64,000 nucleotides of DNA from the NCBI GenBank assembly GCA_010093745.1, contig MU005972.1, positions 197,170-261,169 of the forward strand. Reading direction: 5' to 3'. Shown piece by piece: positions 48,376 through 58,927 of this stretch (positions are counted from its first letter, which is position 1; each line of letters starts with the position of its first letter). The DNA comes from Piedraia hortae CBS 480.64 (taxonomy: Eukaryota). The notes beneath the pieces were generated by a model. It had not been told where the DNA came from. It did no database searches and was given only the letters and a program-made list of their open reading frames with translations. Position numbers and translations under genes: made by a program.

Positions 48376-50090
48376 CTACGTCCGTCGGGGTGTAGGTAGG
48401 GCTTGTAGTTTCTCATCAACCATTGCAGTTTTGGGATTTCCACCCCAAGAGTGGACGGTACATGTCCCCTGGCCGTTTTCCCAGTCATTCCAACTCGTCG
48501 CCGCGATGACCGGAGCGAAGGGATGCCAAGCACAGTCCCTTATGATTGTTTTTTCGTAGTGAATTTCTTCATCGTCTCGGGAGGGTTTATTCCCCCCACT
48601 GTGCGTGGCGGCGAGGACGTTGATCGGTTCCGCTGCAGCCGTACCGTCCATGTTCCAGATATAAACCTTCCCATCGTTAGAGCCGGAGTAGACATACCTC
48701 CCATTCACGGACGCAGGGCTAAAGTGACATCTTATCAGCGTATTCAACACACTATGTCCCCTAAACGTCACGACAGAGCAGTCACACGGATGAGGAACAT
48801 GTCTCCACTCATCATAGCTCTCATACCTGTAATCAAAATTCGTCTGGAAGAGGGTATTGTCTACCTTCTCCCCGATATCGGTCGAGACCATTTTGCGCAA
48901 ATCCCAGAGTTTGCAGGTCTGGTCTTTGGCGTTACTGATTACGTAGCGACCGTCACCTTTGGAGTCGATGTATGTGACTCCTTCAGTATGGCCTAGGAAC
49001 ATTCCCGCGGGACGCATCGAGGAGAGGGATCTTCGATCCCAGACTTTGAGGGTCGTGTCGTCACTTCCGCTGTAGAGAATATCGGGACTGCCTTTGTCGC
49101 CGTAGCAGACTGCGTTTACTTCGTTGGAGTGGGCTTTTATGCGGAGGGTGGATCGTTGGGTTGGGAGGTCGTAGACGTATACGCAGTGGTTGCTTGCTCC
49201 GGCTACGATTTCGGTGCCACTTCCGCTGAAGCGGAGGGACCAGATCCCAAACATGCCTTGTCGGCTGTAGATGTCCCGTCGATTGGAGGGGCGCATATCA
49301 AAGTTGAGGGAGGTGGGGTCGGAGGTATCCTCTGGGTCGGTTTTGGCTAGGCAGACCCTGCTTCTGATAGAGGAGTAGGCGAGGAGGTCGTTGTTGGGGG
49401 AGAGCGAGGCGTCGGTGATGGTCCATTGGCCGCCGTAGTAGTGGGCTGTTTTGTAGTACTTCCAGTCATAAGGGTTGGAGGTATCGTACATTCTGACCTT
49501 GAAGTCCTGGCCGCAGGAGAAGAAGAACGACCCATCGTCGCTGAATTGACCTGAATATGCCCTGGAACCTAACCCGATGATTAGATCCGCCCGGGTGGAA
49601 GGTATTAGATTCTGGACTGCTAGATTTCCGAGATATTTTTGTCTCCCGCGGTTGGATATTGCCATTTCACGATCAAATAGCCGTCGTGCGAGCATACGAC
49701 GTTTGCGGATCGTACTGTCTGGAAATCTATGACCGCAAGCTGATTGGGGTTCCTTATCAGACAGACCAAAGGTTCCATCTGTCATCAATTTCCGTCCTTC
49801 GACTGATGGAATGGGCGGATATTGACCTTGGCTGCTGTCTCGACGGTTGCGTCTGTACATGTGTCTTCGTCTGTTGGCAGCCATCATCGGCCAGGCCATG
49901 AGCAGCATCGGAGTCACTGGGCCTGGGTTTAGTTCTGCCTGGACATGGTCATGGCGGGCTTACTTGGGAATGGAACTGATGTATCCACTTCTTCCACAAC
50001 TTCGTCATCCTCGTCGGCAGCTTGCATGGTCTCGTAAAACTCCTCCTCGAGCAGGACATTATCATCATCGTGGTCACTCGGCGAAGACAT
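48376..50090 (-). CDS. WD40 protein DCAF11/WDR23 (LEC14B-like), CUL4 substrate receptor; intron ~49923-49963
   Basis: AYSGQFSDDGSFF..QDFKVRMYD, WTITDASLSP, LYSGSDDTTLKVWDRR, GHTEGVTYIDSKGDGRY, KLWDLR and TLIRCHFSP. Acidic first exon MSSPSDHDDD... Confidence 0.9.
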
Positions 50091-50265
50091 CTGTAGATGT
50101 AGCCGAAACAGTCGGGAATCGTCATGGTGGGGTCAACGCCACCAGGTAATCCCTCCCAATAACCGTTGATCAACTACATACCTAATCCCAATGCCGCTAC
50201 CATAACCTCACCCACCCAACCAATGTAACCACCTAACCCCAATGCCTCCCACCCAATATAAGCCC

Positions 50266-51435
50266 CTAGTCCCAATGCCTCCCAATAACCGGCCTCGCCG
50301 GATCCCACGGTCCATGAATCTCATTCTTATACCTCTGCAACCCAATTAACCACCAACTCGTCATTCCCATACTCAAACACGTAACCAATCCCCCCAACAC
50401 AACACCCACAATCCCCACCCCAATTCCCCGTCCACTAATCGTCATGCTCAACCCCCCACTCGCACCCACCACCAACCCCGCCGTAAGGAGCACATGCCCC
50501 CTCCACGAACAATGAAGTAAATACCTCCTAAAAACCGGAAACAGCCCAAAAACCTCAATCGAAAAAAGCGTAAGACTAAACACATGCGTCGTAGACGGCA
50601 ACCTCGAGGCGAGAACGGTACTTGCCATAAGCGCCGCATTCGTAGAAAGCGAAGCGGGAAACTTCGCCTCTGGACCAGCCCCATAATCGAACGTAAACAC
50701 ATTCGTAAACATCAGAATGCTGCTTAGAGCCCAGATACTGTCTGATGAGGTTGATTTAGTCAGACTCTTCAGAATAGGACTCAATCCAAGCAAAAAACAA
50801 TAAATCAGCACAGCGGACTTTGCGGTTGAGAGGCGGTATTGCATCCGTGAGGGGACCAGAGAAGGCGGTGTCCCGTTCGATCCCATCGTAGACGCGTTCT
50901 CCGTAGTCGACGGGGTGTCTGTTGTAAACTTCATTCCCCCCTGCCCTTGTTCCCCATGTTCCCCATGTCCCTCCCTCCCCTCCGGGCCCTCATCACCAAC
51001 CCACAAATCCCTTCCCCCCCACGCCAGGACAGTCCCAAAAGTCGCCCACCACACCACCGTCTGGGGAGAAACCCTCTCCTGAAAAATCGCCGTAAAGCAA
51101 CACACAAAAATCACCACCGAGCAAATATGCTGCACAATAACCGTGCTATCCGCCACGAGCTCCCAGAACTCATACGGTCGTAGACTAGGGTTTCTTTGTA
51201 AATGGTCGAGAAAGGTGTCTTCATCGGTAAAATTATCTGGAAAATTCTGTTTTACCCAGAGGAGTTTTTTCCATTGGGGTAGGTTGGGGCGGTGGCGGCG
51301 GTGGTTTTTTGATTTCTTCTGAGTGGAGGGGGGGATAGAGGTTCGGCGTAGGGGACTGCTTTTCCGTGGGCGGGAGGATTTGGCGTCTTCGGGATGGAGG
51401 TAGATTTGTTCTGTTGGGTGGGTTCGGGGTTGCAT
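50266..51435 (-). CDS. GPI2: GPI-GlcNAc transferase subunit C (PIG-C)
   Basis: WKKLLWVKQNFPDNFTD, LSPILKSLTKSTSSDSIWA, SLSTNAALMASTVLASRL and LQRYKNEIHGPWDPA. Confidence 0.96.
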   Translation of the reverse strand: MQPRTHPTEQIYLHPEDAKSSRPRKSSPLRRTSIPPSTQKKSKNHRRHRPNLPQWKKLLWVKQNFPDNFTDEDTFLDHLQRNPSLRPYEFWELVADSTVIVQHICSVVIFVCCFTAIFQERVSPQTVVWWATFGTVLAWGGRDLWVGDEGPEGREGHGEHGEQGQGGMKFTTDTPSTTENASTMGSNGTPPSLVPSRMQYRLSTAKSAVLIYCFLLGLSPILKSLTKSTSSDSIWALSSILMFTNVFTFDYGAGPEAKFPASLSTNAALMASTVLASRLPSTTHVFSLTLFSIEVFGLFPVFRRYLLHCSWRGHVLLTAGLVVGASGGLSMTISGRGIGVGIVGVVLGGLVTCLSMGMTSWWLIGLQRYKNEIHGPWDPARPVIGRHWD

Positions 51436-51505
51436 TGAGAAGTATTGATGGGAGTGGTTAATTGGCCTGAGGAGGGTTAAATGGCTGGTTGGTTGATGGG
51501 TGTAG

Positions 51506-51516
51506 AAAAAAAAAAA
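51506..51516 (-). terminator. Pol III oligo-dT terminator of tRNA-Glu
   Basis: T11 run on the minus strand, 4 nt after the tRNA 3' end. Confidence 0.8.
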
Positions 51517-51520
51517 TAAG

Positions 51521-51592
51521 CTCGGATACCGGGAGTCGAACCCGGCTCTACCCGGTGAAAGCGGGTGATGCTAGCCGATACACCATATCCGA
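51521..51592 (-). tRNA. tRNA-Glu (anticodon TTC), intronless
   Basis: Reverse complement TCGGATATGGTGTATCGGCTAGCATCACCCGCTTTCACCGGGTAGAGCCGGGTTCGACTCCCGGTATCCGAG: 7-bp acceptor stem, CTTTCAC anticodon loop and GGTTCGACTCC T-arm. Confidence 0.95.
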
Positions 51593-51697
51593 TAGCTGAA
51601 GGTCATTAAGGGAAGGTTGTATATATACTTACCCCAGCACACCTCATCCTCATCCATCCATACGATCGAAAGATAGTTCATGCACAGCATTGATCCA

Positions 51698-52985
51698 TCA
51701 AAACAGCAAAATCTGATACCCATCCTTATTTATCCTCACTGCATCATTTCCATTATTATACATCCTCCTAATCACCTCAAACGCAATCAACCCTGCACTC
51801 GTGCTTGGCACTTGCGTGACCGTCCGCACCAAGAAATCTTTATACAACCACCTCATCAACCCCCCACTCCGCCGCGAAATCGCAATACACTGCTTCAGCG
51901 TCTTGCGATATGCATCTGCATACAAACTCAGCGCCTGGGATCGATTGGTGTGCATGTGCGAATCTATCCACGCGAGTCTGCCGTAGTGTATATCTTGAAT
52001 TCGGCTGACAGGATGTTGGATCACTGCTTGGACAACTGATGCTGCGATTCCGGCGAGCGCGAGAAAGGCTGGTTCGAGGAGGTAATGGGGTCTAATTTCG
52101 GGAGTTCCGGACTGCTGGCCCTGGGCTTTGATGGCGTCTTTTTGGTGTTGGGGAAGGTTACCGTAGTGGCCGTAGTAGTGGCTTATGAAGGTGTAGAAAG
52201 CTTGGCCTTTGACGTATTCGAATGTGGAGAAGAAGGCGGCGTTGCCGAATGCATCTCGGATGAGGGCTAGCGACCATCCGGCGAAGATACCTCGGATACC
52301 GATTTCCTGGGTTTTGCGATACGCGTAGTGCCACATGTTTTTGTACTTCCCGCTCATGAGTTCGCGGGCTTGAAAACGGACTTGGAGTGCGTCGACGGGG
52401 GCGGCTACGAGGCTTTGTATGGCGCCTGCGGCGAAGCCGGCGGTGAAGGTCGTGCTGGGGGATGGTAAAGGGTCGATGCGTTTGGTTGATTTTTGGGCTG
52501 GCTCATGGAGGTAGCCTAGGACTTGCAAGTAGCTTGTGTATAGAACTGCCCCAACCACGGTATTGGCGAGGAGGGGAGGTAGTACTTGGTTAGGGATAAA
52601 GGTCCAGCCGTGGCGTTGGATTGCACTATAAAGCAATGCTGGGCCGCTCATTCGCCAGGACCACTTTTCGCCTTTTTGGACCAAAGGACTGATTGCTCGT
52701 GGATAGCCCTGTAAAATACCATTAGCATTGGATCGAATGTACATCTTTTAGGCATACCATATAGCTGGAACAAAGTCAGTCTAAGTAATTTGTAATTCAA
52801 CCAACATACTCTACTCTGGCACGGAAAAAAGCCTTCATCGGAGCTCGAAAGTAGAATGCCAGCATGCGGGCACTGAAAGCACGCATAGCTGATGCACCAA
52901 GCCCCGTGGTAGCAGTATCGTGCGGCTTTTTGAGACTTCCATCTGCTGGGCCTCCAATAGATGGAGGCGGTATTACTATGTTCAT
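51698..52985 (-). CDS. Mitochondrial carrier family protein (fungal-type), 2 predicted introns near the 5' end
   Basis: Carrier-like signatures APMKAFFRAR, APVDALQVRFQ and HPVSRIQ; GIRGIFAGW..RDAFG. Confidence 0.75.
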
Positions 52986-53255
52986 GGTCTGGACAGCATT
53001 TGGAAGTGAATGTTGTTCGTTACACAGCCGTAGCTCGGCAACAATGGATATATCACTGAGACGGCAATTTACGCACGCCTGCTACCGATACTTTTGACAT
53101 TCACTGACAACCCTCAGACGTCAACAGTGAAGGTTGAACGACCCATATGTGCTGATGAAGGTTGAGTTAAGTCACGTGGCGACGCAAAGCAGATGGTCCG
53201 TGCGCAACCTTTAACCGACGCGACTTTGCGCGACATTTTACGGCCGTCAAATACC

Positions 53256-56200
53256 ATGGCTGAAGACCCTATTCGCATCGACAAGGCGGTCTTCCACGAC
53301 CGGCTGTCGTCGCTGATTACGCAGTGGAAGGCGGACAAGCGCAGCGGCAACCATGTATTCAACGATGCCGGCAGCATTGCGCTCATTACGGGCAAGAGCA
53401 GCGACATGAGCTTCCACAAAACCACGGCGCTTCAGTTTTGGCTGCTGGGATACGAATTTCCGGCAACGCTGATGCTTTTTACCCTAGAAGGACTCTTCAT
53501 TGTGACCACTAAGAAAAAAGCAGCGTATCTAGAGCCACTTCAGGAAGGAGGGAAAAATCAGATCGAAATTATGGTGCGCGGCAAGGATGCGACCGAAAAT
53601 AAGCAGCAATTTATGCGCATCGTGGAGAAGATGACGGCAGCAGGCAAAAAGGTCGGAGTTGTTAGCAAAGACCAAGCCAGCGGGCCGTTTGTGACGGAGT
53701 GGAAGGAGGTGTTCGACTCGCAGGCAAAAGGCCTTGAAAGGGTCGATATTAACCTTGCTCTGTCCAGCGTCATGGCCGTCAAGGATGAGCGGGAGTTGCG
53801 TGCAATTAGGAACGCGTCTTCTGCCTCGTCGCACATGATGACGGATTTTTTCGTAGATTTCATGTCTGATATACTTGACAAGGACAAGAAAATGACGCAC
53901 AAGGACGTGAGCAAGGAGATTGCGGCCAAAATTGACGATGACGCCTTCTTCAAGTGGAAGCGGGCGCCAGCCAACTTTGACCCGGCTCAGTTGGACTGGA
54001 GCATCAATCCAACGGTGATGAGCGGCGGGAAGTTTGATCTGAAGCTGGCCTCAGAGCCGGATGAGAACAATCTCCACGCGGGAATCATCGTCTCGGCTCT
54101 AGGGTTACGTTATCAGTCGTATGCTGCAACCGTGGCAAGGACATATATGGTTGACCCTAACAAGAGTCAGGAGTCCATGTACGATCTGCTTGTCCACGTG
54201 CACCGCGCAGTGATCAAGGAGATGCGGGACGGTGCTGTTGCCAAGGATGTCTACAACAAGGCTGTGGGTATCATCAAAGCCAAGCAGCCAAAGTTGGTGG
54301 AGAAATTCCTACATTCAGTTGGTGCGGCTATTGGCATCGAGACAAGAGACAGCACTTTTGTTCTTAATGCTAAGAACTCCCGCGTACTCAAAGATGGCAT
54401 GACGTTCTCAGTCACCACTGGCTTCTCTGACCTTGAAAACCCGAAGCCGCAGGACAAGAAGGATTCCAAATACTCCCTCTTCCTCAGCGATACAGTACGT
54501 GTGAATCCCACTGATTCCTTTGTCTTCACCAAAGATGCGCCAATGGACATGGAGAGCACTTCGTTCTTCTTCAAAGACGATGAAGAGGAGGAGAAGCCGA
54601 AGCCGAAGCCGAAGAAGGATCCCCGGGTCGGAGCTGTGGCGACTTCCAACATCACCAAGACGCGTTTGCGTGGACAGGGCCACACGACGCAGAACGAGGA
54701 GAAGGAAGCGGCGCGGCGGGAGCACCAGCGGGAGCTGCATGCTAAGAAGCAGCAAGAAGGCCAGGACAAGTACGGCGAGGGTCACGGCAATCTTAATGGC
54801 ACTCAGGTGAAGAAGTTCAAGCGGTTTGAGTCTTATAAACGGGAGGGGCAGTTTCCCAGTAAGATCAAAGACCTCATGGTACTAGTGGATGAGAAGAACG
54901 AGTCCATCATCTTGCCCATCATGGGTCGTCCGGTACCGTTTCACATCCACACGGTCAAGAACGCGACCACAAGCACAGAAGGTAGTCTCTGCTACCTCCG
55001 TATCAACTTCCTCAGTCCCGGCCAGGGCGTGGGTAGGAAGGACGACCAACCATTCGAAGATCCCACCGCACAATTCATCCGCTCTCTCACGTTCCGCAGC
55101 AAAGATAGCCGTCGAATGGAAGAGATCAAAGACCAAATCACCGACATGAAGAAGTCCGCCGTACGCAAAGAACAAGAAAAGAAAGACATGGAAGACGTAG
55201 TTGAACAAGACAAACTCGTCGAAGTCCGCAACCGTCGTCCCTACCGTCTGGACAACATCTTCCTTCGTCCGTCCTTGGAGAGCAAACGCATCAGCGGGTC
55301 TATAGAAATCCACCAAAACGGCCTCCGCTACAACCACATCGGGAGCCAAAAAATCGACATTCTCTTCAGCAACGTGAAACATCTCTTCTTCCAGCCCTGC
55401 GTCGGCGAGCTAATCGTGCTCATCCACGTCCACCTCCTCAACCCCATCATGATCGGCAAGCGCAAAGCGCGGGACATTCAATTCTACCGCGAAGCGACCG
55501 ACATGCAATTCGACGAAACCGGCAATCGCAAGCGAAAGCACCGGTATGGCGACGAGGAGGAGTATCAAGCCGAACAAGAAGAAAAACGCCGTCGAGCACA
55601 GCTCGACAAGGAATTCAAACTCTTCGCTGACAAGATTGCTGAGGCGGGTAAGAGCGAGGGGTTGGCGGTCGATATGCCGTTCAGGGATCTTGCCTTTAAC
55701 GGCGTTCCAAGCCGTAGCTCGGTTACCATTCAGCCTACGACAGACTGTCTGGTCCAGCTGACCGAGCCGCCTTTCCTCGTAATCACACTAACGGATATCG
55801 AAGTCGTGCACCTCGAACGGGTGCAGTTCGGGCTCAAGAACTTCGACATGGTTGTTGTGTTCAAGGACTTTACCCGGCCGCCTGTGCATATCAATACAAT
55901 TCCCGTTGAGTCGCTTGATTCGCTCAAGGATTGGCTTGATAGTGTTGATATCCCCTTTTCCGAGGGGCCACTGAACCTCAACTGGGGGACGATTATGAAG
56001 ACCGTCACCGCGGATCCGTACCAGTTTTTCAAGGATGGGGGTTGGTCGTTCCTCGGAACGGACTCGGACGACTCGGATGAGGAGGATGAAGAGGAGGAGA
56101 GTGCGTTTGAGTTGTCAGATGGGGATTTGGCTTCGGATGCGAGTTCAGATGATGATTCGGAGTTTGATGATGATGCTTCCGCGGCGAATGATGAGGAGGA

Positions 56201-56294
56201 GGAGGCGGAGATTAGTGAGGATGAGGAAATTGATGAGAGTGATGATTCGGAGGTGGAGAAGAAAAAGAAACAGCAGGGGAAGAAGAAGAGGTGA
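53256..56294 (+). CDS. SPT16: FACT complex subunit Spt16
   Basis: WLLGYEFPATL, GRPVPFHIHTVKN, LRINFLSPG, EIHQNGLRY, HLERVQFGLKNFD, LNWGTIMK and an acidic tail. Confidence 0.98.
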   Translation: MAEDPIRIDKAVFHDRLSSLITQWKADKRSGNHVFNDAGSIALITGKSSDMSFHKTTALQFWLLGYEFPATLMLFTLEGLFIVTTKKKAAYLEPLQEGGKNQIEIMVRGKDATENKQQFMRIVEKMTAAGKKVGVVSKDQASGPFVTEWKEVFDSQAKGLERVDINLALSSVMAVKDERELRAIRNASSASSHMMTDFFVDFMSDILDKDKKMTHKDVSKEIAAKIDDDAFFKWKRAPANFDPAQLDWSINPTVMSGGKFDLKLASEPDENNLHAGIIVSALGLRYQSYAATVARTYMVDPNKSQESMYDLLVHVHRAVIKEMRDGAVAKDVYNKAVGIIKAKQPKLVEKFLHSVGAAIGIETRDSTFVLNAKNSRVLKDGMTFSVTTGFSDLENPKPQDKKDSKYSLFLSDTVRVNPTDSFVFTKDAPMDMESTSFFFKDDEEEEKPKPKPKKDPRVGAVATSNITKTRLRGQGHTTQNEEKEAARREHQRELHAKKQQEGQDKYGEGHGNLNGTQVKKFKRFESYKREGQFPSKIKDLMVLVDEKNESIILPIMGRPVPFHIHTVKNATTSTEGSLCYLRINFLSPGQGVGRKDDQPFEDPTAQFIRSLTFRSKDSRRMEEIKDQITDMKKSAVRKEQEKKDMEDVVEQDKLVEVRNRRPYRLDNIFLRPSLESKRISGSIEIHQNGLRYNHIGSQKIDILFSNVKHLFFQPCVGELIVLIHVHLLNPIMIGKRKARDIQFYREATDMQFDETGNRKRKHRYGDEEEYQAEQEEKRRRAQLDKEFKLFADKIAEAGKSEGLAVDMPFRDLAFNGVPSRSSVTIQPTTDCLVQLTEPPFLVITLTDIEVVHLERVQFGLKNFDMVVVFKDFTRPPVHINTIPVESLDSLKDWLDSVDIPFSEGPLNLNWGTIMKTVTADPYQFFKDGGWSFLGTDSDDSDEEDEEEESAFELSDGDLASDASSDDDSEFDDDASAANDEEEEAEISEDEEIDESDDSEVEKKKKQQGKKKR

Positions 56295-56400
56295 TTCCAT
56301 GAAGTAGAAGTGAGAGGTGCATAGTTGGGTGTATTATTAGGTATCAGTTTTATCGTGTCTTTTTCGTGAAGTATTGGTGTCCTCTCCGTAGTACAATACA

Positions 56401-57489
56401 TCAAGGCCACAACCCCCCTCTCAGTCCCAACAAATCCCTCTGTCCACACACCTCGCCCACAACAATAATCGTTACATCACACACGGCCCTAACCTCCTCC
56501 CCCGCCTCTCTTCCCAGATTCCCCGCCCGTTTCGCAACCTGTCTCAAAGAAAAGGTATCATCCGGTATAAGCCGCGCGGGATCTATCAAAAGAAGTAGAC
56601 CCCAGATCTTAGCGGGATTCAACCCATCCTGGGCAGGGTATTCGTCCCCGCCGTCTTCGGAATGGTGGTTGGAAAAGGGCGACGGGAGGGCTCCTTCATG
56701 ACACTTCCCCTCGGGAGTTTCATCGGGCGAGAAAATGGCAGAAAGCTCCTCACACACCCTCCCCGCCGAAACCGTCGCAGTATGGTTGCGCGCGCGTGCG
56801 AAGAGGGACAATATCCTCGTTTTAAATGCTTCTTTCGCTGAAGCCCTATCTTCCTGCTCATCTTCGGGACTTGGGTGCGCGTCAGGCCGTGTGGCTTTTG
56901 CGTTTGGTAGTTCCTCCTCGGGTAGGTCCTCTTCGAGATGAGGTTGGGAGTCTGGCAGGCCATTCTCCGGTAGTCGTCCTCTAGGTAGCTCATTCGCTGG
57001 TAACCCCCCCTCGGGTAGTCGCAAGACAAGCGGCAGAGCATCCCTCTCCCTCTTCACACTAAGCAGATACTGTACCGCCTCATCCTCTTCATCCTCGTCG
57101 TCGGAGAGGGGGGATGCCAAGGCGGGGATCTGGCCTGTGAGCCTGTCGCGGAGGGGTTTGGGCGGTGGAGGGATGAATTTACCCTCTTTATCCGCATCTT
57201 GATCGCCTTCGCCATCGCAGTATTTAGCGCCCTCCTCGGCATCGTCGCCATCTCCGAGTCCCTCCCCTCCAATTTTATTGATGGAATCACCTTCGTCCTC
57301 CGCCGACGGCGAAGAGGGATACTCCTCAATATTATAGTTTACTAATTCCTTGGCATCAGGAGGCGAGGTTACCTCCCCCTCCGACGACGGCGAGGAGGAG
57401 CCGTACTTGAGCAAAACGCGTTTGGAGGGGTTATATCCCGTGTTGGGGTGCGCTTTGGGGCGATCTCTTTCTCTGCGGCGTTTTGGCAT
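56401..57489 (-). CDS. Gemin2/Brr1-like snRNP assembly factor (tentative)
   Basis: GQIPAL..EAVQYLLSVKRE and C-terminal IWGLL..LRQVAK..CDVTIIVVGEVCGQRDLL resemble Gemin2/Brr1 conserved blocks. Confidence 0.55.
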   Translation of the reverse strand: MPKRRRERDRPKAHPNTGYNPSKRVLLKYGSSSPSSEGEVTSPPDAKELVNYNIEEYPSSPSAEDEGDSINKIGGEGLGDGDDAEEGAKYCDGEGDQDADKEGKFIPPPPKPLRDRLTGQIPALASPLSDDEDEEDEAVQYLLSVKRERDALPLVLRLPEGGLPANELPRGRLPENGLPDSQPHLEEDLPEEELPNAKATRPDAHPSPEDEQEDRASAKEAFKTRILSLFARARNHTATVSAGRVCEELSAIFSPDETPEGKCHEGALPSPFSNHHSEDGGDEYPAQDGLNPAKIWGLLLLIDPARLIPDDTFSLRQVAKRAGNLGREAGEEVRAVCDVTIIVVGEVCGQRDLLGLRGGLWP

Positions 57490-57607
57490 GGGGACAAGAG
57501 CGGAGCGGACTCGGACGGCTTTGTAAACGAAATGAAGGTGATGCGGAAACGGAGATGTACAGTATGAATGACACAGATGTGAGTGACATGAAGACGCACT
57601 ACGCTAC

Positions 57608-58543
57608 TTACTGTCCCGCCTGTGCATACGCCTTTCTGCGGTCACGTTCCTCTGCAATGGTGAGTTTGACACCCTTGCCCTTTGGCAGCGAGATCCACGG
57701 CTTGTCCTTTCCGATGACGAAGACGTTGGACTCGCGCGTCGCGAATTCGTTGGCGACGGCGTCTTTGATGTGCACGATGTTGAAACCTCCGTCGTGGCGC
57801 TCACGGTGCGTGATGACGCCTACACGACCCATGTTGCGTCCGCCAGTCACCATGGCGATGACGCCCGTATCGAAGCGGATGAAATCTTGGATTTTGCCTT
57901 GAGATTGTCAGCATTTCCTTTGTCAGATTACGGCTTTGACATACCGGTAGATAGCTCAATCTTGACCGTGTCGTTGACGCGGATAGCCGGGTCAGGGTAC
58001 CGGATTCTAACACCTCTCAGTTCTCCAAATCAATGGTCCAACGGCTGATAGACTCACGTGCGTGCGTCATGCGTAACCAAGAATGGGATGCCGCCTTTGC
58101 CCAGCTGCACGCGCTTGACCTTGCCGAGCTTGTACTCGGCCTCCTCGGCCGTGATGCGGTGCACCGTGAAGCGGCCCTTGGTGTCGTAGACGAGGCGGAA
58201 GTTTTCGCCCGTCTTCTCGATGCCAATGACGTCCATGAAGCCTGCCGGGTATGTGGCATCGGTGCGCACCTTGCCGTCCACCCGGATCAGGCGCTGCATG
58301 ACAATGGCCTTGGTCTCGCGCGCATTGAGAGCGTACTTGAGGCTGGTATATTGTTAGCTTTTTGGTCGTCCACTGCTGCCAGACCAAGTACCGGTTGCGA
58401 ATAAAGACGATAAGCGGCATGCAATCCCTCAGCTTGTGCGGGCCGGGAGATGCTTTGGGGGCATAGGCGCCACTGAGCTTGTCAAGCAGCCAGTGTGAGG
58501 GAGCCGAAAGACGCTTCTGGTGCTTCTTCGGACCGCGACCCAT
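57608..58543 (-). CDS. RPS4: 40S ribosomal protein S4 (eS4), 3 introns
   Basis: [72 protein letters not shown]. Confidence 0.98.
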
Positions 58544-58927
58544 GGTTGTGCTGTTGCAAAAAGTTTGGACTCGTGCAGTGGACCACAGCCGGTGGTGGGC
58601 TTGGCATGACTGCCTGAGGCAGCACATGTCTTAATGCCTGAGGCATTAACAACCTTACCGCATCGACTATCAGAATCTCAGTCCCATTTCGGTGATGTGG
58701 CTTCGGCACGGCCCGCTCGGCACGGCTCGTGAGATCCCACAACATCGAGGCAGTTGCCCTTTTGCTCTTCACGCAATGTTCCAGTCTTTAGGCAGTACAG
58801 CGTAGCGCACACCCGCATAGCGCCGTTCCTTGTGCCCTCCGGCCTCTCGGGCCTGACATCGAAATCCAGACATCATGACAACAGCATTAACAACTAGAAA
58901 TAACCACATTAACCCCAATACAGTTGA

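Noticed and set aside
26692..50090. Apparent ubiquitin-system cluster (F-box, otubain, CSN2, PA-RING, DCAF11)
   Set aside because: The genes are spread over 23 kb among unrelated genes and belong to large families, so chance is a sufficient explanation.
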